DNA of 64,000 bases from Podarcis gaigeae. Its lineage: Eukaryota. This document shows, one piece after another, positions 26,118 through 36,560 of this stretch. Under the pieces are notes generated by a model that saw only the letters and a list, made by a program, of their open reading frames with translations, ran no database searches and was not told the origin of the DNA. A program made the translations under genes and the position numbers. Position 1 is the stretch's first letter, and the number at the start of each line of letters is the position of its first letter. The stretch lies in NCBI GenBank assembly GCA_964106915.2, contig OZ066921.1. One strand, given 5' to 3'.

Positions 26118-26367
26118 CAGTTGTACCTTGGAAGTCAAACAGAAGCCACTCCGGAAGTTCATTCGACTTCCAAAACGTTCGGAAACCAAAGCGTGGCTTC
26201 TGATTGGCTTCAGGAAGCTCCTGCATCCAATCGGAACCCACAGAAGTCCTGTTGGACATTCAGCTTCCAAAATCAGATCGCAAACCAAAACAGTCACTTC
26301 CGGGTTTGCAGCATTCGGGAGCCAAAGCGTTCGAGAACTAAGCTGTTTGAAAACCAAGGTACGACTG
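26118..26367. mobile_element. Tigger-like MITE (second family)
   Basis: TIRs CAGTTGTACCTTGG / CCAAGGTACGACTG, TA TSD. Confidence 0.82.
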
Positions 26368-26475
26368 TACTTCCTTTAGGCCTTACCACCTGCTATGACT
26401 CCAGGGCCAAATCAACTGGGTAAGAGCAATGGATGGCTCCAAAGCCACCATTTTAAGCTGCTCATCATGTCCCAG

Positions 26476-26478
<3 letters not shown>

Positions 26479-26527
<49 letters not shown>
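26479..26527. repeat. (AG)n microsatellite
   Basis: Directly visible. Confidence 0.95.
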
Positions 26528-26530
<3 letters not shown>

Positions 26531-28194
26531 AGAGACTCAACTTATAAGTCAGTCATCATTTTCTGGTCACCAGCAATCCGGTCCCCCATACCCTCTGGCA
26601 TCCCCAGATGGTTTGGGAGAGAGGCAGGGTCTTCACTCATTTCCATGGGTGCAGAGAAGGTTAAAAAGCAGCAGGAGTCCTGCCTGCTGTTTAGACACGA
26701 CTCCTGCTGCTCTTTATCTGCTCAAAAACTGCAGGGGAAATTCAGTGTGATGATATCAGAGGTCTGGAGACACTGATTAGTCAGCTAATAGATTTGTGGG
26801 TGCATGAGAAACTGATGACAAAAGGAGACCACCAATGGCATTTTGTTGGGGGGGGGCTCATACTTGGAGCCGCCCTTGACTTGTTTTTCTTTGTTATATT
26901 GCCTTTGGCCATGGAGATTCTCTTTAAGCATAGAAAGACCTGCACTTCTCTCTAGTCCAAGGGAGGGAAACCAGGTGCTGTTAAGACCCCTAACTCACTT
27001 CTGCCCTAGACACCACGGCCATTGGTCAGGGATGGTGGAAATTGCAATCAAGTAACATGCTGTGAGTCTTAGGGTCCCCGCTCCAGGTTTCATCTTTTAC
27101 ATTTTCCCCCTTAAAAATATGCGCAACCTGATTTATAATAATAGTAGTAGTAGTACTAAGTGCATCCTCAGGACTCCCACACTGCAGTGAAGAATGAATT
27201 GAGGAAGCTGGGCTGGAATTTTGGGTTATTTTTCTTGAATCGGAGGGTGCAAGGCAAAGCAAAGCTGTTAGGACACCAGAGACGCTCCAACCGTTTAATT
27301 TTCTGTGAGGGTGCAAGACTGTTAGTGCCTGCAATCAGAAAACCAGACTGTGTGGGGCAATAAATGCTGGGGAGACCAGAGGACTCCCACCCCGCCTCCA
27401 GTACCTGAAGTTGCCTCTGCATTTCACAAACCCTCACTCAAGCACAAAAGGGAAGGCCACTTTCCTTAGAACAGGAATCAGGCATTTCTACATAGATGCA
27501 GAACCAGTTCCAAAAAAATGGACTTGCATTGGGCTTCATTCTCCCAAATTCAGCCAACACTAAAAAATTCAGCCACATACCAAAGTGACTGGCAGTGTAG
27601 CTAAAACAAAGTGTTGGTCCTCTTCACTTATATCCTCATGCTGCAATCTGCATCCCTCTGGAACAAGGAAATCAGCATTCCATGTTTATTCCCTCTGGGC
27701 TTTTCCATCAATATATCCAGGCCCTGACCTGGGGAAACTGTTCTCTGAGGGCAGAGGGGGAGTAAAATGCAGAAATCAGGGGTCACATCCATTCTTTCTT
27801 TTCTTTTTTACAGATTTGCCATCTGCCTGGTGGGAAGGAAAGCAAAACCCTAGGGAAGAACTGAGTAGTTGGAATCAAGAGAAGTTCTCAAAAGAAGTCA
27901 TTTACTGTTTCCATATATAAAGCCGCCCACTTGAACCCACTTGCTCTAGAGTAATGCCACCGCAAGGGCAACAAAGCAAATGATTTTAGGATTTCAGCAC
28001 CTGGCACCTCATGAACAGACCTTATAAAAATCCAAATTCCCACCCCAGAATCAACAGTGATTCGCTTTAAACTTTTACACACATGCCACACAAGTTCATT
28101 TGCCCCTGCTGTCCTCCCTGCCAATTCCTTGTTGAGTTTATTTAAAGCACCTTCTGAACTTTATGTGTCCACTTCTGTTGCAACAAACTTTCAT

Positions 28195-29356
28195 TAAGGG
28201 TGGAATCCAAAATGCACTTATTTGTGGGTAAACCCCGGGTTAACACAGTAGCTTACTTCTGAGTAAACATGCATTGTAAGGCTGAAATTCTTTGCAAATG
28301 TACCCACCCAAGAGTAAGCACCAGTAATCACAGTGGAAGTTATTTCTGAGTAAATATGCACAGGACTGGGCTGTATGGGGAATCTGTGCCCCCAAACTGA
28401 GTGGAACTCACACAAAAAAACATGTGCTTGAAGCTTCTTCCAGACTATCAGTATTGACAAAGTGAGTACGGTTTCTTCTGAACAGGAGCTCCTCATTTCA
28501 GTAGGATTACTCATGCTCAGATGCTTAGCATCTAGCCTTCCATCTGAAATGGAAGTGTGTTTGTGTGTGGACTTGATTTCCTTTATTTTGGAGTATCAGC
28601 TCACTAATCTCAAGCCTCTACTACAACATCAAAATGGTTTCTGCCATCAGTTCCTCGGCCAGTACAAAAAGGGACAGAGAGATAAGAAAAAAGATTTGCA
28701 CACAAAAAGGAAAAACAAATCCTCTACTCACAATTTATCTTGCCTCCCCACCCCATTACAAGGTTTGCAAAGAGGCTCCTCAAAGACACAAATGAAAATA
28801 TTTGCCATGGAGTCCAAAAGAAAAGTAGGCTGATCTAGAAGTGGCTCAAAATTTTTTTATTTATTTGTGGTGGGAGGGGGAACTAACTTTGTTAGCTAAC
28901 TGAAGAACCTTGTGCAATGTCTTTGCAACTGTTGACTCCATTATGGATACTAATAGATAGCTTCAAAAAGAACAGGAAACTATGCTGACCTATTTGAAAA
29001 AAATTCAAAAACCCACAATCTGATGCTACCTTGATTAGGCCTAACCAAAGCACTACAAAATAATAAGCAAGTTTTCAAGTTCTCCAGAAGTCTATCAGGC
29101 TGCTTATTAAACAAACGTGGGGTTAGAAGAGAGAAAGCAGGACAGAAGTCTGCATTGAGAATGCACTTACCTTGGAGTAAGTCCCAGTGAACTCAATGGG
29201 GATTACTTCTGAGTAGACATACATAAAAGCACAGTTTTACAATGAAGTGTAGGATGAAACAGGAGGCTTGGTCTCCTATGCATGTTTACTCAGAAGTAAC
29301 TTTCACTGTGTTCAATGGGGCTTTCTCCCAGGTAAGTGCATAAAGGATCCCAGCCT
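28195..29356. repeat. Cluster of old ~90-bp hairpin repeats (cttacttctgagta / tactcagaagtaa family)
   Basis: Motif recurs at ~28250, 28340, 29200 and 29290, and also ~32740 and ~37850. Confidence 0.55.
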
Positions 29357-29893
29357 ATATTAAACAAGTTCTAGTACAGTAGATGCTTATGCAGATCTCA
29401 AGTTGCATTGAGATCTGGTGGGATAAAGGAACAAATGGTAGCTGATCCCCATATTTAAAAGGATCAACATCCACTAGTTACTTATATCCAGCCCTAAATG
29501 AAATGCACAGGTCTCTTGCAAGAAAGAGAACATAAAAAAACAAGAAACACAGCAGTTTTCATCAAAGCCTGACATTCATTTCAGGTGACATCTTCAGTAA
29601 CAAAAAGTAATCCTCAGTATATATGTAAAAAATGATCCTGTATACCAGGGCAAAATACAGCTGTAAAACAAGTTGCTAATCCAGTGTGTGGTTCCATCTC
29701 ATCTAGGCAACCAAAAAAATTATAAAGCATTATCATAAGATTTGGCTTATAGGAGGGTCCACCTAATCTGAAAATATGTGAAGCCTGCAAGCAAGGCATG
29801 AAGATGACTGTTGCTTGTCCCACCAAGGAATTCTGAGGCAGGCTCTCTCAGAACATGAAAGATCCATTTAGCTACAATACCTAATAGCCATTA

Positions 29894-30105
29894 CAGATAG
29901 GTAGCCGTGTTGGTCTGCCATAGTCAAAACAAAACAAAAATTCCTTCCAGTAGCACCTTAAAGACCAACTAAGTCAGTTCTTGGTATGAGCTTTCGTGTG
30001 CATATCTTTCGTGTGTATCTGAAGAAGTGTGCATGCACACGAAAGCTCATACCAAGAACTGACTTAGTTGGTCTTTAAGGTGCTACTGGAAGGATTTTTT
30101 TTTTT
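29894..30105. mobile_element. Palindromic Penelope-like element remnant
   Basis: 62-bp perfect inverted arms (29942-30003 / 30033-30094); 12-bp TSD TAATAGCCATTA at 29882-29893 and 30106-30117; hammerhead core at the centre. Confidence 0.8.
30015..30052 (+). ncRNA. Minimal type I hammerhead ribozyme motif (PLE-associated)
   Basis: GTAT-CTGAAGA-A-GTGTG-CATG-CACAC-GAAA-GC-TC-ATAC: CUGANGA and GAAA cores, stem II GTGTG/CACAC, stem I GTAT/ATAC, palindromic AGCT in place of stem III, CUC triplet. Confidence 0.65.
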
Positions 30106-31089
30106 TAATAGCCATTAATCAGTCTTTTCCACCACAAGTTTCTCTGTTCCTTAAAAGCCACCTACTCCAGCGCCATCATCACATATTGGAATAGTGAATT
30201 ATATAATTTCAATATGTGGAGAAACCCATCCATTTCTTCCCCTCCCCTCTCTCTGCCCATTCATAATATTATAAACCTCTATCATCATTACACATAACCA
30301 TTTTTCAAATCTTAAACCAAGGTGGGGAAACTTGTGGCCCTTTCCGAAGTTGATGAACTTCAACGCACATCAGCTGCTCTAAACCACTGGATGAAACCAT
30401 ATTGCATCAAAGGTTAACCCCCAAAGTAAGCCCCTTGAATATCCTTGCCATCTACACCCACAAATGTACCACCACCTCATCCCGGTGGTGGTGTGGACAA
30501 AACAAATCCTTAAAGGACCTTCTGAAACTGCAGCTAACTATTCCCAAAAAAAGTGGCTCAGGTGAGCAACAAGATGGTTTGCTAAAGAGAAATATTGGCA
30601 GCACAGGTGTCAGGAAGAGTGTGGCACCAAAGTGGGAGGCTTAATTTTTTTTTAGCAAAGCATTTTGCAATCAACATTACAAAACCTTATAGAGCTTTGA
30701 TATCCCAATGTAAAAGAGGGCATCCTTTGCATTATAACAATATGCATTCAGGCATTAAGTGATCATTTTTGTAGCTGTTTAAAGCTCATATTAAGACGCC
30801 TGGCTATCATACTTTCAAGCCTCGTCCCATCTGTATTTTGTGCTGCAACACTGTACCCCGTGTCCCTGCATGACCTTCCCAACATTACAGTCATGGAAAT
30901 CAAAGCAAAAGGCCTCTCCCCCACTTCCAACTGGGAGAGGGAAAGTTTTAAACATGTGGAACACTGTATCTCAGCATCTTCTACAACTGCCAATTTCCTG
31001 TCGTCATTTTGATCCGTGTTTTACCGGCGTTCTCTTTTTTTCTTTTTCTTTTAAAGCTACATTAACACCACCTCACGCCTGGTTAACAC

Positions 31090-32250
31090 AGCAATAATCC
31101 CGGCGCGCGCTCCCTCGCCCCTTTCCCCCTTTCTCAAGGCAAATCCCCAAGCGACCCATTTTGAAAAGGAGGTGGGGGGGGGGGAATGAAATCAATCTGA
31201 TATCACTTTACAGCAACCTAACTCTTGAACCCTGAGATCACGGGAATAAAAGGAACCCAGGAACTGACCCTCCTGGCCTCGAGAAAGAGAGAGAGAGAGG
31301 CCTAGTGCCGTGGGTGGGTAGAAGCAGCAAGGAAGTAAGATCGGGGGTGGGGACCAGGCAGGCGGCCTGCATTCAAATCCGGTATACAGCCAGGCACCGA
31401 ACCGAGTAGGGAGCCAATGGGGGGGGGATTTCTTCCTCAGTAAAGAGTAGAGAGAACGTGATAAACTAGCTGCCCCCTCATTTTTACATAGGGGGGGGCA
31501 GATCTCCCCGTCCACACCCCCCGCTTTGCTCCGGATCAGCTCACCCCACGAGGCCTGCCGCAGTTCCCAAACTTCGCGCGCGTGCAAACTCCACCCCGGC
31601 TGCGTCCAGCCTGGAAGGCCCACGCCAAGGCGGCGCCCTAGGCCCCAGGCCGGGGTCGCCCGGGCTCGGCCTCCTCGGGGCCCCCGAGCTGCTCAGGACC
31701 AAGGCAGCCCCGCTTCCCTGCCGCCCCCCCCAAAAAACCCCTTACCTGATGCACGAAAACATCCACGGGGCTTTCGAGGGCGATGCCTTCCTTGGTGGTC
31801 ATGGAGAGGAAGCCGAAGCCCATCCGCACGTTGAACCACTTACAGATCCCGGCGCCATGCAGGAGCGGCTGGCTCTCCTCGTCCGGCCGGGGCGAGTCCC
31901 CCGTGGGCTCTTCCTCGCCCGCCTTGGCGCAGCCACCTGGAAACATACGCGCCGAGGATCATCAGCCGGAGTCCAGCCAAAGGAGGGGGGTCCCCCTCCC
32001 CGCTCCTCCCAAGGGCCAGCGGGTGCGCAACAGAGGGAGCGCGGGACCTCCGGGGGCCACCCAGGGTTGGGACGCCCGAGAGGGGGCTCACCTCCTGGCC
32101 GGCCCCCCAGCCCCCCGCGGGAAACGCCATCGTCTTCCTCGGAGAGCTCCAGCACCGCTGAGCGCGCAGAAGGCTAGGCAGGAAGCCATGCAGAGAGCAG
32201 CCTCGGCTCTGGGGTTATTTGGCCGGGGGGGGGGGGTTGGGGAGAAAGAG
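31090..32250. promoter_or_regulatory. CpG island spanning LIN28A exon 2
   Basis: Very high GC and CpG density relative to CpG-depleted flanks. Confidence 0.8.
31746..31936 (-). CDS. LIN28A: LIN28A coding exon 2 (N-terminal half of the cold-shock domain)
   Basis: GGCAKAGEEEPTGDSPRPDEESQPLLHGAGICKWFNVRMGFGFLSMTTKEGIALESPVDVFVHQ (KWFN, GFGF and VFVHQ CSD motifs); acceptor tttccag|GT, donor CAG|gtaag; 191 nt, phase 1 to phase 0. Confidence 0.97.
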
Positions 32251-33184
32251 GACTAAATCGCAAGTCTTCATCCATGGAAGATCGGGAAGGGCAGGATTCG
32301 AAACATATTAGTGGGGGAGGGATACCAAGAACTCGCTCCCTCTTCCAAATTCCGTAGGGTGCCCAAAATAGAAAACGCAGCCCCAAAACATCGAAGAAAT
32401 CGGTGTATTCCAAATCTATGCCATCCCGGGTCGCGGGGTGGATCCCACACTATTTTCACAGGATGGGGGGAGGGAGTAAAAGTAAACTAGTGGATGGGAC
32501 AGCGTGACACCACTAGTCCATTTTCAAACTATTCTAAAGCATTCGAGGTGTATGTATGGACATTGATTATATGGAAATACAAAATATTTATACACTGGGG
32601 AGAAATACTCTGGGAAGCGAAGTCTTGGTCTGTCGAAACCATTTGGAAATATATACGCTTTTTTTAAGCGTAAAGGTATATACTGTAGTTCCTCTTTAAA
32701 AGCAAAACACAAAACCACAACTCGTGCAATTCAACGCATGTCTACTCTGAAGAAACCTCGCCGCGTTTAATGGGACCTGCTCCCAGGAAAACGTTGCCTA
32801 AGTTTGTAGCTGCCTAGATACACCCAAAAAGTTTCCAAAATTCCTCCCTCCCCAATTCTTATAAAGAAAAAGCACATGGTGAAGCAAGAAAGTGACTAAA
32901 CCGACCGCTCGCTCAAAAAGTAACATTTTGGAAAGAATATATGAAAGAATCAACACAAATCTTTCCTTTTGAAAATGAAGAGGATTGATTGAAAACAGCT
33001 GTAAAACTATTCCTAAAATGAGAAGAGGTGAGGGAAAGCTCTTCAGAGCACAGCGCTGATTTTCAAAACAGGGATGGAGGGCAGAGATAGAGAGAGAAAA
33101 AGAGGGAAAAGAAAGAAAGAGTCTTCCTTGCGGGGGGGGGGGAGAGAGAGAAGGGAAGAATTGGGTATGAAATTTTCACTTAAC

Positions 33185-33215
33185 CTGCAAACTGCTGGTT
33201 AGAAACAGACCCCAT
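33185..33215 (-). CDS. LIN28A: LIN28A coding exon 1 (MGSVSNQQFA-G)
   Basis: ATGGGGTCTGTTTCTAACCAGCAGTTTGCAG|gttaag; 31 coding nt, matches the LIN28A N-terminus and is in phase with exon 2. Confidence 0.97.
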
Positions 33216-33620
33216 TCTGCACCCCCGGTGGAAATGGTGGACTCTGGCTGGAGCAGCCTCCCCTCCTCTCTGCCAGCCCGTCTTTGGAGAGGGTGTCAGA
33301 GCAGCTCAGCAGCTCCCAAAAAAAAGAGGGGGGGAGAAAGGGAGGAGGGGGTGGTGGAAGATTCAAAACAAGCGGAGGGAAGGCGAGAGAAAGGTTTGCT
33401 ACATCTTCACTGCAACAATAGGAGTGGGAGGGCCCAGGGCCTGCTAAAGCTTCCCAAATTTCTAAGAGACAATAGAATTCCCCTAACGCCAAACCTTGCG
33501 CGCTTTCCCCTCCCCCCGCGGGCCTCCCCTCCCTCCCCCCGCCTCCTCCCCCCGCCCACCTCGCCGCAATATAAGCGCTCTTCTCCCTTCCTAGGAGACA
33601 AAAAAATGTAACCTCCTGCC
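33216..33620 (-). promoter_or_regulatory. LIN28A: LIN28A 5' UTR and proximal promoter
   Basis: Directly upstream of the ATG; minus-strand GGGCCCTCCCACTCCTATTGTTGCAGTGAAGATGTAGCA (~33397-33435) resembles my recollection of the mammalian LIN28A transcript 5' end; G-rich/GC-box tract 33500-33560. Confidence 0.7.
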
Positions 33621-33813
33621 ATCCTGCAAGCGAGGGAGTGGATCCTGCTTCGTGTCCATGCTTTTTCTTTCTTTTATGGAACTCAGTTTTCTCCTTGCAC
33701 GCTTTGTAAAATCTCGTTGGTTGGAGAGATCTCAAGAACCCAGAGGGATCTCGTCCCTAGGATACCTTTCGCCATATGCAGTTTTCACACATGGCTCATT
33801 CATTCATTCATAT

Positions 33814-33817
<4 letters not shown>

Positions 33818-33894
<77 letters not shown>
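33818..33894. repeat. Compound (CT)n(CA)n microsatellite
   Basis: Directly visible. Confidence 0.95.
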
Positions 33895-33895
<1 letters not shown>

Positions 33896-34393
33896 CTTTC
33901 CCACGTGATACACAATCACACACCACACTAGTAATTATACATTCCAAGCGGGATTTTATTTTTTCCCAAAGTGGAGGCAGCAGAATGCGCAAATGTGAAA
34001 CTTCATTGATGGGTAGATTACCTGTCAAGAGGAAAGAAACAAGATCTCCTATCTTGACTTCTCTCTGCCAGCACACCCACACACACACTATTAGCTTATA
34101 TTATTGACCCTCCCCACCCCATGTTCGCCTGCCTAGCAAGTTGGCCTGCGACAAGACCCGCTTGACTCGAAGTGACCTGTTTAAAAGGAGAGCTGCCCCC
34201 TCCCTCCCTCTCCCCGCTCATTCCATTTTGGCATGTTAAGCCTCTTCCCTAAACTATCCCTTTCCGCTCCCATCCGCAGCTACTCCTGGGATCTCCCTTG
34301 GCTAGCTTTGGGAATGCGAGGAGGGGGGTGAAGAGGGCAGTTTGGTTGGTTCCTTACCTTCCCCACCATCTCTAGTCAATGACTCGGGGGTGG

Positions 34394-34395
<2 letters not shown>

Positions 34396-34449
<54 letters not shown>
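34396..34449. repeat. (AG)n microsatellite
   Basis: Directly visible. Confidence 0.95.
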
Positions 34450-34451
<2 letters not shown>

Positions 34452-35439
34452 GGATCTCAAATTGGAATTTATGAGTCCTTTATCTTTCTCTTCCCCAGTT
34501 TGGTGAGCTCAGAAGGTTACCAATTTATCCCGGTGCAATTCTAAAAATATAAAAGTTTGCTTTTGGAGCGGGCAGCGGCAGAAGAAAAAGCAGTATAATT
34601 GGGGTACAAATACATTTTCAAATAATTGAACTTAATGCATTTTTTGTTTCTTTAAAGAAACATGCCGGAAAGGGTGAATCCCAAGCAAAACGAGTTTGTT
34701 TTTTTAGTGTGTGGAGCCTTTGTTTGCTTTAAAAATGAGCATTATCATGAGAAGTTCGATTCCCAGCTTATCTTTAATGAAAGAAAAATAATTGTCCTAA
34801 GTTGATTCCCCCCCCGTTTGCAAAATCGAATTCCACCACAAAAGGTGCACTTATTTTTATTTTTTTAAAGCTAGAAATTCTTGTTTACATGGCGTTAATA
34901 AAGCCTCTATCATCGGGAATGAGAAGGTCGGCTATTTTGAGGAAGAGGGGCTCAAATACATCCAGCAAGCTATGGGGATGTGGAAGACAACTTCGTCTTT
35001 TTCCTGAAATTTCCCCCCATAAGGGAAACAAAATAATATAGTATGTATATATTAAGTAGCAATATCACCAACATCCCAAGGTGATGGCTTTTTTAAAGAA
35101 AGAAAATCAGGCAGAGAATAATACGGAGTGGGAATACCCCTACCTCCACATTACAGTTAATTAGAACACTTTCATAAAGGCAGCAACGAAATGAAATGAA
35201 ATGAAATATTCAGGGTCGCTTTTAAACGCACCAAAAAATAAAAATAATAAAAATGAGATACTGTGCAGCTAACAAAATAGGTTCACCTCAAAATAATACA
35301 TTTTGTTTAAAAGGCACAAACCGGTTTTAATACAATAGTTGTGGTGGTGGGGAGAGTTATGACGACCTGGAGATTTTCTCATCCTTCATACAAAATGCAC
35401 CTCTCTCTCTCACACACACACACCTCTACAAACACCCGT

Positions 35440-36560
35440 TTCTGAATGTATCCCGATGATGTCTATATTACCCCCCGGGAACAGAAGGGCTGATTGATTG
35501 GGGCGGGGGCGGGGCCCGAAGGCTGCTTAAAAGACAATCAGAGAAAATGAGAGGCGATCGATGCGCACAAAGTGCTGATGGATAGTGATGGGGGGGCCTG
35601 GAAATGTGGTGGGGGGTTTCACGGGGGGGGGACCGGATGGGGGCGGAAACCCACCTCTCCTCTTATCTATATTGAGCTGGTGAGCCCCTCCCCTGCACTG
35701 CCTCTCTCCCTCCCATCCCTAATTGAGGAAGGAGACCCCCGCCTTAGCCCGGCTCTCTGCGATTTGGAGTCGGTCTGCTCCCCCCACCCCCGCGGCCTCC
35801 CCCACCCTGCGGCTCGCTGATATTTGTCAATTCCATATTTTCAGCGGAAATGGCCTATTTGGCTCCTCTGGAGGGCCGGGGGGTGCCGGCGGCTGAGGAT
35901 TCCCCATCTTGACGGCTCCGCGGGGCAAACGGGCTTGGCGATGGGGCGGGGAGGTCACGCCTGACCCCAGGATGCTGCATCTGATCATTGGGGGGGGGCA
36001 GCAGGAGCGGGAAGGGCAAGCGCTCCGTTTCTCCAACGCCACCCCTCCCCCCTCCCTTTTTGGGGGAGAGATTTCACGGCTGGCCGAGGACAATGGCCGA
36101 ATGACCAGGGCGATCTCGGGAGGCAAATAGCCCCTCCATTTCCGGTGCTCAGTTCAAACTGGACAATACCAGCCAGCTATTCCCCTGGAGCAAAGCGGAG
36201 CCCTGTTAAAGGGGCAGCGGCTGTGGCAGCTCCAGAAGGAGCACACGCGTGCACAAGCGTACACACGACCGCCAGCACCTTCCACTAGCCCTTTTGCCTC
36301 CTCTCCTCTCCACACGCGCAAGCCTTCTCTGGGCTCCGGAATAGATTTAATCCCGAGGCCACAAGGGCCCCTCCAGGACGAAGAAGTAAGATCCGTGTTT
36401 GCCAGCGTGGATGGATCCCTTCACACATTACGTTTCAGAGCACAGGACTCTCGGGTGTTTAAGGGCGCCCCCGTAGCCGTCGGTGCAAACGCGTACGTGG
36501 CAAAGGGAGTTGGGACTGGATGCTGCAAGGCTAAAATGGCGCCGAAGGTGGGGGATTAAG
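35440..36560. promoter_or_regulatory. Second CpG island upstream of LIN28A
   Basis: CpG/GC-rich; ATTGG followed by GGGGCGGGGGCGGGG GC boxes at ~35496-35514; further GC boxes at ~35640 and ~35945. Confidence 0.65.

Noticed and set aside
31638-31745. ORF-track extension of the CSD ORF past VHQ
   Set aside because: Read-through beyond the canonical CAG|gtaag donor into intron 2
31749-32256. Several long overlapping ORFs in the CpG island
   Set aside because: Expected from stop-codon scarcity in GC-rich DNA
31746-33215. Assignment as LIN28B or a Y-box gene
   Set aside because: Exon 1 MGSVSNQQFAG and GGCAK are LIN28A-specific
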